From contig MCFH01000012.1 of assembly GCA_002104945.1 (NCBI GenBank), forward strand, positions 1 to 64,000: 64,000 bases of DNA. Reading direction: 5' to 3'. Made by a program: the position numbers and the translations under genes. The stretch is from Piromyces finnis finn (lineage: Eukaryota; Fungi; Neocallimastigomycota). The notes beneath the pieces are model-generated. The model saw only the letters and a list, made by a program, of their open reading frames with translations. It ran no database searches and was not told where the DNA came from. Positions 48,576-64,000 of this stretch are shown piece by piece. Each line of letters opens with the position of its first letter. Within the stretch, counting starts at the first letter, position 1.

Positions 48576-49740
48576 CTAAGTTGATTTTGTTAGATGATCA
48601 ATAGCAGCTTCTCTATCATTTTCACTAAATATAAGTGCTTCTTTAATTGCCTCTTGTTCGAAACCCATTTCTAATAATTCCATAAAGGCAGTTAAGAATT
48701 TTTCACATTTTTCTCTATTAAAACTGTACAAATAGATGGCAATTTCAATATATTTTGGTTGAAATCCTCTACCTTCCAAATAGGAATGAAGCATAACATA
48801 GTCTATAATCTTTTTAATTTTTTTTTAAAATATATATAAATGTTTATATATAAATATTAATTTTTATTGATATTTTAAAACTCTAATTTATTTTTTAAAA
48901 AAAAAGATGATTTTTTTTATCTTTTATTATAATAATTTGATATTAATTTATATTTAAAACTACCTTTTGCTTATCATTTCCATAATACTTCATACCATTC
49001 AACACAAGTTCTCTTTTAAAACCCATATCTACAACAGAATTAACGAGAGGCTATAAAAATAGATATAAAATGTAAAAGGTTAAAATTTATTTTTAAAATT
49101 ATATTGCTTCATAAATGTGCCATACGCATATATATATATTTAAAAATCAATATTAAATAAAAAAATATATACATACATCACTTTGGCTAGAAGTTGGAAT
49201 ATTAATATCTTGTGGGTTTGGTCTTGATGGTATAGGAGGAGGTGTTGCATTTGAATATGGAGTATTACCATAGTATGATGATCTTGGTCTTGGCATACTT
49301 TGTCCATAATTAACTGGTGGTTCATTAGGATTTGGATTTGGATTGTTATATTGAGAACTACCGTACATAGAATATGAATACATTTGAGGTGGTACAGGTG
49401 GTTGATAGCCTTGGTTCATTGGTGGATAACTAGAGGGGGGAGGATGAATTGGTTGTACTGGTGGTTGATAGGTTGTTGAATAGCTCATAGTTGACTGTGC
49501 ACTTAATGATGGTGAAGAAGTATTAGTATTTGCTGGTATATTAGAATTATTTAGGTGTGGTGAATTAGTAATATTATTGGTAGTATTATTTGGGTAATTA
49601 TTTGTTTGAGAACATGATAAGTCGCTCATTTCCATTTGTAATTGTAATAATTCATCTTTATTACTTTTTGATTTATCCCATGGATCGAGAGGTGGTACAT
49701 CTTCAAATTCAGAGACAATGTTTGCTTTTTCTTTGCCCTA

Positions 49741-49835
<95 letters not shown>

Positions 49836-50538
49836 TTATTATTATTATTATATACAATTATATAAAATTTCTTTAATTTACCTTATCATTAGTTGTAGAT
49901 GTTATGTTTTCATCATTATCATCATTACTACTTTCTTTTTTCAAATTACTTACACTATCTATATAATCCATAATTTAAGAATATAATTAAAAAAATATAA
50001 TTAATAATATTTTTTTTATCCCATAATAATGACTTTATTATTAATAATAACCTTGACTATTTAAACGAACTGGTTCTAAAACTTTATCAGTTAATCCCGG
50101 TGCTTTAGCTTTTAGTTCTTGTATTCTCTTTTTTTCTTCTTCTTCTTTATGTTTTTTATAATCATCTAAATATTTAATTTCGTACTCAAAATTACATTCA
50201 TTATCACTTAATATGGTGTCATATGTTGCTACATATTCATATGGAAGAGATACCTAGTAATAATTATAGTTGTTGTTGTTGTTGTTGTTGTTACATTAAT
50301 TAATTTGTTTATACACAAAGTTTAAATTAAGATTTATATATTTCATTTAAAAATACCACTTCAGGAGCTTGATAATTTGGTGATAATTCTACATTTACAC
50401 CTTTTAATAATACATAATGTACTATTTTTATTTATTACAATTTAGTTATTTATTATTGTCTCGTTACATAGTTTATTTCATTTTAAAAATTTATTTTTTA
50501 TTAAATAAAACTTTACCTTGGGTATTTGAAAAACTCAT
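48576..50538 (-). CDS. UBAP1: UBAP1-like ESCRT-I subunit (UMA domain, Pro/Tyr-rich linker, SOUBA domain)
   Basis: N-terminal LKGVNVELSPNYQAPEV/VSLP...NFEYE (UMA-like) and C-terminal CEKFLTAFMELLEMGFEQEAIKEALIFSENDREAAIDHL resembling the last UBA repeat of metazoan UBAP1. Confidence 0.72.
49742..49850. repeat. (ATT)n microsatellite in a UBAP1-like intron
   Basis: Directly visible. Confidence 0.9.
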
Positions 50539-50948
50539 TGTTTTTATTTTTTTTTATTGTTTATTGTTATTTTGAAATTTACTAGTGTTATTTTTGAAAA
50601 TTTTATAATTTCAATTTTTTTAAAATAATTTTATTTCAATAAAAATTTATATATATAAATATATTATACACTTTTGATTTATTTTTTTTTTCTTTTTTTT
50701 TATTCTCTTTTTATTTATTTATTTATTTTCTTTTTTTTCTTGTTTTTTTTATTATTTTCAATGATGAAATGTCTTATTTTTTCAAAGCTACCTAATAAAC
50801 TTACCACCAAAAAATTTTATTTTGGGAATCAATAAAAAAAAAAAAACTTTACAATTTTTTTAATTAAAATTTTTTATTTTAATTTTAATTTAAAAAAAGA
50901 AAAAAACTTTTTTTTATGGTGGATTTTTGAGGAAGAAGTAAAAATTAT

Positions 50949-51489
50949 GTCGTTCCAGTTTTTATCCTGGTTGTTAAGGCGTTTCCTTAGCATACATAAG
51001 GCTTCTGGTTCGACCCCGCAGATGTCAGTGCCTGTGGATTTTCCCACTGGGTTTGCCATGGGTTGGGTTATGATATTCAGGTAAGTATAAATGAACTTTC
51101 TAATTTACTACTATGATAATAACACTCGTCTAGCCGGCCTGAGAGGGTCTAGTGTACATGGTACATTCCAAATTAGAACTTAATAAGTGGTGACTTAGGC
51201 TATGCCAAAAACACATAATATTCCTTAATCAATTTAAGTGTAAACATTAGGGGGCGGTTGACACGTGATCAAATTGACTATAAGAGGCTTAGCATTGTAG
51301 TTGTGAAATATCGTACAACGACATGCATCTAATGTACATGGATTAAGTGAGCGTCGAAGCTGAAGAAACAGTATGACAGACCAGGAGGGTCACAACCACC
51401 TAGCAATAGGAATGAGCCAACGTTTCTCTAAGAACCACCATTGGAGCTAACTCTGATCGATGGGAGAAATGCACTCGGAAGTTAAAAAA
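50949..51489 (+). mobile_element. Candidate SINE (541 bp): tRNA-like head, unique body, LINE-derived 3' tail, short A tail, 13-bp TSD
   Basis: Exact flanking duplication AAGTAAAAATTAT (50936-50948 and 51490-51502); B-box GGTTCGACCCC at ~51007; 51349-51389 is 37/41 identical to the LINE ORF end (28775-28815, minus); ends GGAAGTTAAAAAA like LINE GGAAGTCAAA. Confidence 0.8.
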
Positions 51490-51631
51490 AAGTAAAAATT
51501 ATCTTCCAAGGATTAAGTTACTATTTATGACTAACTAATATAAAATTTTAAATGAAAAAGAAAAAATAGTATATTTTATATAATTTATTTTTCACTTTTT
51601 AAAAAAATAATTAAAAGAAAAACTTGTTAAT

Positions 51632-51747
51632 AATCATTATTTTATTATAAAGAGTTTATTTTAATCATTATTTTAATCATTTATATTATAATCATTTATA
51701 TTATAATCATTATTTTATTATAAAGAGTTTATTTTAATCATTATTTT
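51632..51747. repeat. Local AT-rich duplication: 43-bp direct repeats (51632-51674, 51705-51747) enclosing two 15-bp repeats
   Basis: aatcattattttattataaagagtttattttaatcattatttt x2 around (aatcatttatattat)x2. Confidence 0.85.
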
Positions 51748-51878
51748 TATTATTATTACTAATAAGAAATCTATTTTAATCGTTCATTATTATTATCCTT
51801 ATTGTTTAATAATAATAAAGAATCTATTTAAAAGAAAAAAGTAATATTAAAATAAAATGAAAATAAATCATTGGTTTT

Positions 51879-54800
51879 TCAAGTTTTCTCTAATACTGTT
51901 ATATATTTTATTTAATTCATGTAGAATATGACGGTCATTCTAAATTTAAAAAAAAAAAAAAAAAAACATAATATTTTTTTAATTAATATAATTAAAATTA
52001 TTATAATAATGCACATATAGGATGATATATATTACCTCAGTTTTTATATTTTCTTTTAATATTAATAATTTCTGGTATAAAAGATCTTTTTCCATTTTAT
52101 ATTGATCATTTGTTTTTTGGAAATTAAATTCTTTTATATTATTATTTTTTTTGAAAATATCATAGTCCATTAATGTCTTTTGAGCTAATGATAAATTTTC
52201 TAATCCTTCATAAGCAACAAAACATTTATTTGAGCTAAATAAAGGTGAATTAATTATTGGTTCTAAATTAATGTATGGGGCATCTAAATTAATTTCGAAA
52301 TAATATTATATGCGTGGAATATCCATTTATTTAACAATAATTGATATATTTATTGTTATTATAATTAAAAGAAAAAGTTAATGATTATATATGAATAGAA
52401 AATACTAATATAACGTATCTTTATATTATTAAAAATACCTAATAATATATCTTTTACAAATTTATAACGTTGTTTTGAAAAACTAAACAATTCTTTGATT
52501 TGACCTGTTGGAAAAGATTGTAAATCATATAAATATCTTCTTGTTGCTTTCAAAAAAAGTTGAAGTTCTGTAATTACACTTTCATCTAATAAAAAAATTT
52601 TATTAAAAAATATTCATTAAAATAATATATATATTATTTATTTATTTCAAGTTTTTGAAAAAAAATTAAAAAATACAAAAGATAAAAAAAAAGGTGAATT
52701 TTTTTTTTTACCAGGCTTAACAATAATAGATCTTTTTTTTGAATAATCATTGGAATTATTAATTGGATAGTTAATATTTAAAAAGGAATTAGACTTTTTA
52801 TTATAGGTATCTTTAAATAATGGGAGATTTAATTTAACTTCTAGATTTCTAGGATCTTCATTAATGCTTTCACTTATTATTAATTTCATTATAAATGTGA
52901 TATGATTTTTGCAAAATATAATTTTTTTTAAAATTTATTATTTAATATGTGTATACTTGAAAATTTAATTATTTATACTATATATAATAATTAATATATA
53001 ATATATACTCTGATTTATCTGAAAAAGATGTTACTCTAAATAATTGTGCTGATGATCCATTATTACTTTTTGACAAGTTTCTTATACTTGCCATTCCTGT
53101 ACCTGAAGATGGAATTCTTATTATATTAATTTTATTATCATATAATATATTAATGAAATATTATTATAATAGTTTTAAAACTTTTTAATTAGAGGGGAAA
53201 ATAATCATTACTCTAATTTATAATGTTGGCTTTTAGCATCTGGAGTTGCGATTGAAAAAGTTAAATAAATTTTATTATCAATAAACTTACAATTAAGATT
53301 ACTAATATCAAAATTGTTCTATATGAAATAAAATATTAAAAAAAAAGATATTATAATGATGATTAATATACCTTTTCTTGGAAATAATTATTAATATTTT
53401 TTGATATATTATTTTTAAATCAAATAAATGATAATTAAAAAAAAATACCTTATTGGAATATATTGAATTATTATCAAAACTTAAATCCTCATTTCGTATA
53501 TTTGAAATAGTATTATATTTGTATAATTTATCATCTATTGAAAAAGAATTATATGTAGTTTGTACAGGAGAAGAAGGTGAAGAATGTTGTTTACTTGATA
53601 TTCTTAAATGGAATTTAGTAGGTGAAGAAGATGGTATATCATTTACTGTATATGATTTTGAATAATAATCTTTTTCTATGTATTCTTTATTACTATAATT
53701 ATATGATTTTGATTTCTTTTTATTCTTTTTTTTTTTTTATAAAAAAAATAAAGAGAAATGGTTAATAGATAAAAAACCATCTATTAATAGTTTAAATAGA
53801 TAATATTTATGAAATACATTAATAAAAAGTATTATTAAATCCCAACCTTTGTAAATAATTTTTTATAATTCAAAATCATAAGTCGTATTAAATTTTCTCT
53901 ATTTTTGACGTTATCAATATCATTATTTTCTGAAATGTAATTAATAATATTTCCATTTCTATAAATTTTACTTGATAAAGTATAATCATTTGGAATTTCT
54001 ACAATCACCGATGCTATTACTGGTGCTAAAGAGGCAATTTCATTTGAATCCAATTCTATTTTTAAGCTATTACTGTTTTCACAATTTCCAGAAAAGAAAT
54101 TTATTAAATATTTTAAAGTGGCATATCTCTGCTCTGGTAATTTTTTTAAATTCTTTTTTATTTTTTTAATGATCTTTCTATTTTCTTCTAATTAAGATTA
54201 AAAAAATCATGAAATTTAGATATAAAAAAATTTTTTTTTAAATTGATTAATTTTTTTTAAAAAAATATAGAAAAGAAAAATAATAATAATAATAATAATA
54301 AAGTTACCATTTATAATTGGGAAAGTATTATATATATCTTTTGATATAATACGCCCAGGCATCCTTCTTAAAAAATCCATAAAAACACTTATTACAAGAT
54401 GTAAATTATGTTCATTTTTTAAATTTACATTTCCAGCTAATTTTAATGTTATGTATAATAGTATATAAATAAGTTTTGATTTCATTAGAATTATTATCAT
54501 CTTTATTAAGGCTAATTTAGCTCTTTAAAATTTATTTATTCTTTTTTTTTTCAATTAAAAAAAAACATTATTACCTTTATTTATTTTCTTTATTAATTTA
54601 TTTTTTTCTTTATTTTCTATACTGTTCACAAAAAGTTCTTTGAATTGTATTGCTATTTATATTTTATTATTATCATTATTATTTAATAATTTGACTATTA
54701 ACTTTTAAAACTTTTAAAAATAAAACAATTACTTTTATTTCTATTCTATTATTTAATTAATATACCATTTCTTTCACTTAAATAGGTAATAAATTGTTGA

Positions 54801-54913
54801 ATTTCAATAGGAACTGATTTCTTTTCACTTTGAATATTTAATTTGCTATCTAACATTTCTTCAATAGATTGCCCGAAAACGGGCTCCTTTTCATTGCAAC
54901 AAAGTAAAGGCAT
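51879..54913 (-). CDS. RhoGAP-domain protein with uncharacterised C-terminal half (multi-exon, model approximate)
   Basis: MPLLCCNEKEPVFGQSIEEM...VPIEIQQFITYL, HLVISVFMDFLRRMPGRII, NRMDSNEIASLAPVI, LIRLMILNYKKLF follow RhoGAP helix order. Confidence 0.72.
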
Positions 54914-55503
54914 TAATAATTATATTTTTTTTGTCTTTAATATAAAATTAATAAAAAATATCTATTTTTTGATTATTTTTGAAATTATATAATTTTTACA
55001 TTTGTTTTTTTTTTTTTTTTTTTTTTTTTTCTTATTATTAATGCTAATTTATGAAGAAGAAAAAAAGGTGAAAAGGTGGATAAAAAATTAATATTTTAAG
55101 AAATGATTATATTAAAAAAGATATAATTATATTTTTAATATTAATTGTTTATATACTCTTTTATTTCTTTAATAACAAATAAATAATAAAGACTTACTGC
55201 TTTTTTTATTTTATTTTTACTGTTATCAATTCTATTTTATTATTATAAAAATTAGTTGCTCGATTTATTCTTTTTTTTTTTTAATGTAACCCAATTTAAT
55301 TATATTTAATTTGGGTAACAAAAGATAAAAATTTTATTCATCTGATATTTAATTAGTAAAATTTAATTTAATAAAGTTTTTTTTTTAACATTTTTTTAAA
55401 AAGAAAGAAAAAAACATTTCTTTATTAAATAGTTAACTTTTGAAAAAGAAATCAAGTAACCTAGTCAAAGGAATAAATATTAATAATATAATTATAATAT
55501 ATA

Positions 55504-57912
55504 ATGCAAAATCAACGACTTGAGTTAAAAGTAATGAACAAATATTAAGTATAACTATATACAAGTTTTATACAAAATATATCATTTATTTAAAAATGGA
55601 ATAGTTTATTCAATATATGCATTTTCTTTAAAATTTTTGAAATTATTTTTTTTTTAAAAAAAAGTAACAAATATATACATATATTTATTATACAACACAA
55701 TATATATCTCTAAAGATAGTTCCTGGTTTAAGCGTTGGTGCATTTAAACTTGGAATGAATTTAAATGAAATTTTGAAATATCTCCAGTTAAATTCAAATA
55801 TATATGAACAAGTTCAATTAAAATATAATGAAGAAGTAATAATTAAAAAACATAATATATTTAAATATATAATATAATATCTTTTTTTAAAGAAAAAAAG
55901 AAATAAAGAAATAAAACTAATTAATTAAAAATATCTTTAATAAATTAAGTTTCCGTTTAAAAATGATATAATAATAAATTTACCATACAATGGATGGTAC
56001 ATGATAATGTGAAATATTATATCTAGTCATTTTTTTTTTATTTTAATATAACTCATTATAAAAAAATATTATTATTTGATATTTTTATAGTTCCTTAAGA
56101 ATATGTCCTTATGAACAAAGATTAAAATCAATAGAAATATTTGATTTTCAAAAAGTGATTCAATTATATAGAAATCAAGAATATAGGTTCGTATTATAAT
56201 CTCACTCCTTATTGTTTTTTTTTTTTTTTTTTTTTTTTTTGATGATGATGATGTTGTTGTTGTTACTGTTGTTAACGATATTGTCGTTATTTTCATGAAT
56301 GCAAATAATGTTTTTTTTTTCTTTCATAAAATATTTTATTAATAAAATGATAACTGCCATATAATAAAATTAATAATATATTTTTTTATATCATAATAAA
56401 AATGAAAATTTAAAGTTCTCAAAAAGTTATTCCTACTTTTGTTAATATTTGTAAGATTTTTGGACCTATTTATCCTGGATTTTTTAATTTGGAAAAATCA
56501 CAATATGAACTAAATTATCCTGTAATACTATCAAACCAACTAGAAATAACTAATAATAATAAAAAAAAAAAAAAGTTTTTAAAATATTTTTTAAAAAATT
56601 AATATATCATAATACTTAATTCCTTTTTATTTTTATCATTAATTTATTAATTGTTAAAAAAAAAAAAAAAAAAAAAAGGGAATAACATTTATATTTCCAA
56701 TTCCTAAAAAATATATAAATAATTATAAAGATAAAGGTATTTATATATATATATCCTAAAATATCAAATAATAAAATAATAATATATGAAATAATAATTA
56801 AATTTATCATATATTTTATATATTAAATGATATAGAGGAATTACCGTTTGAACTAGAAGATGGCACCACTCCTGTAGCCCATAAAGCATATATTTATTCC
56901 GGAAAAAACTGGAAAGAATCTGTATTTCCACCAACAAATAATGATTCATTCAATAATATAGAGAGTATTGATATTAATGTAAATAATAAGTAGACTAGAT
57001 ATCATAATAATTTATTTTTTTTTTTATATAAAAGAAAAAAAAAGACAATTAAATTTTAATAAATTTTTATTTTTTGAATAGAAAAATTTTGAATTAAAAT
57101 TTTCAAAAAAAGATATAATTATCTATATTGGCATGAATAGTCAAAATGTTATTGGTAATCTGGGTTCTCCATCAAACATATACTATAAAAATGAAGATAA
57201 AATGACAATTCATTCATCCGAAAAAGAAGAAATAACTAAAAGTATAATATTAAAAAATAATCTACTAATTTTCATAAAAATAGAATATAATATATATATC
57301 TAAATAATTTATATATAAAAACAATACTCATATATTTTAACATCATCATAGATGTATCACAGGATTATTTTTATAATTATTATCATTTAGGACTTGATTT
57401 TCTATTTGATGGATTAAATAATAAAATAAAAAAAATCATTTTTCATAATAATTTTCCAGGGCATTTTGACTTTTTTAAATATAATAGATGTAATTATAAG
57501 TTAAAAATTCAACAAGGTATGTACTATATTAATTGTATAATAGGTATTTTATGATCTCTAAAATTAAATAAAATTTTCATTACATTTTTTTTTTGAAAAA
57601 AAAAAAAAAAAATCGAAAATGCAAAAAATCATAGATAAAGAAATAACACCAAATGATAATTGGGATAAAATTCAATCTATCTTAGGATTGCCGATTGGTC
57701 CACCTATTATATTTAAGAGAGATGAAGATATAAATCCATTTGGTTCAACACATATTTATGGTTATGATCATCTATTATTTGAAGTAAGTGTTGGAAAAAA
57801 GAGTTTTTTTTTTAATATATTCACATCGATATGCATACTAAATATTATATAAATATATATATATATTCAGGTGATGAAAAATAATTATATAGCAACTATG
57901 ACAATATTTTAA
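55504..57912 (+). CDS. PHAF1: UPF0183 / phagosome assembly factor 1 (C16orf70) homolog
   Basis: MQNQRLELK/IVPGLSVGAFKLGM, PTF..I.KIFGPIYPG, YELNYP/GITFIFP, ELEDGTTPV, LGSPSNIYYKNEDKMTIH, DYFYNYYHLGLDFLFD, KKIIFHNNFPGHFDF..YNRCNY, NPFGST..YGYDHLLFEV/MKNNYIA. Confidence 0.88.
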
Positions 57913-58223
57913 AAGAAAAAAAAAATAGTAATTTTTTTTACTTTATATATTTGTAAATACAATTTCTTGTATCTCTCTTTATAAATAATAAATTCAACTT
58001 TTATAATAATCATAAAAGTTATATATATTATCTATTTATTAAAATTTGCTTTGTTTTTATTTAATATTTATTATTGGTTTTATTTTTATTTTGTTAATAT
58101 AAGATATACAAAAATATTAAATAAATTATCAAATTATTTTCATATTATTGTTGTAAATTGTTGATATACCCTTTGGTATATATATTTATATATATTTTAA
58201 AAGTATTGATTATAATTATACTT

Positions 58224-63175
<4,952 letters not shown>

Positions 63176-64000
63176 TATTATATTATTTTATTTATATAAT
63201 TATATAACTACTATATATTTATAAATTTTAATAATGAAAAAAAAAATAAAACAAAATAAGAAATATATATAGTCAAATTAATAAATTGTTAAAATTTAAT
63301 AAATATAAGAAATATATATTTCTATATAATAAAAATAAAATTAATGAAAATAAAATAAAAAAAATAAAAGTAAAAATAAAAATAAATAAAAAAGGAAAAG
63401 AAAATTGTATATATTCTTAATAAATATATTTTTATCTTTCCATTATGAACTTAAAAATTTTGAAATTTAAAAAGATTTTTAACATTAATTATTATTAACA
63501 TTTTCCTTTTGAACATTTTTATGAAATAATATCATTAGTTAAAATAATAATATATAAAGATATTTTACATTTACTTAATATATGTTTTGATTATTATTAC
63601 TAAAGCTATAATTTGTTAATTTAGAAAATAATATTTTTTTTTTTTTTTTGTTTTATTTTATTTTATTTTTATTATTATTAATTAGTATGTTTATTAAAAG
63701 TAATTTAATATAAATTATTTAATTTGAATGAACTTTACATTTTTTGTAAAAAAAAAAATATTTACATTCTCATTTAAAAAATATTTATTATTTTAAAGAT
63801 AGTATATTTAACTTTAATGTTCTTATTCTTGTTTCATTGTATTAAATTTTATAATTAATTATATTAATATAATAATTCCTTTATGAATTAAAAATTAAAA
63901 GAAATTCACCTTTTTCATTTAATCTCAATGAAGTTATTCATTACTTTTTTTTTAAACTTACTTTTTAAAAAAATACACATTAAAACATTGTGATATTTAA

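Noticed and set aside
50949-51030. Functional tRNA gene
   Set aside because: The acceptor stem does not pair, the anticodon loop lacks the conserved U33/purine-37 pattern, and the A-box is degenerate. Treated as a tRNA-derived head only.
50930-51088. U1 snRNA on the minus strand (starts ATACTTACCTG; Sm-like ATAATTTTT ~140 nt later)
   Set aside because: No U1-70K loop, no AUUGCAC U1A loop, no closing helix and no stem-loop IV after the Sm-like site. The sequence lies inside a TSD-bounded element and is simply the antisense of a CAG|GTAAGT site.
51131-51147. TAGCCGGCCTGAGAGGG resembles a conserved bacterial 16S rRNA motif
   Set aside because: Only 17 nt; the flanks do not continue any rRNA similarity.

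Overview
Extremely AT-rich, intron-rich eukaryotic DNA, most consistent with an anaerobic gut fungus (Neocallimastigomycota). This is inferred from composition, the flagellar enkurin gene and a bacterial-type galM. About 14 protein-coding loci were reconstructed by hand: transaldolase, intronless aldose 1-epimerase, EXS/ERD1-like protein, degenerate SMYD, topoisomerase III beta, NADP-IDH, sphingomyelinase-like EEP, an Asn-rich ORF, CaMK-like kinase, enkurin, UBAP1-like, RhoGAP, PHAF1 and RAB3GAP1. The window also holds an intact single-ORF APE-RT LINE (minus strand) and several decayed relatives. The strongest novel signal is a 541-bp GC-rich element (50949-51489) with an exact 13-bp target-site duplication, a tRNA-like head with a B-box, and a 3' tail 37/41 identical to the end of the LINE ORF: a candidate SINE with its partner LINE in the same window. 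The second is a 126-nt GT-AG intron that would fuse TOP3B in frame to the downstream 625-aa low-complexity, RGG-ending ORF. Others are structured 125-bp tandem monomers upstream of the LINE and an unclassified ~310-bp repeat family whose partial copies flank the LINE. All exon models and alignments were done by eye; no searches were run.
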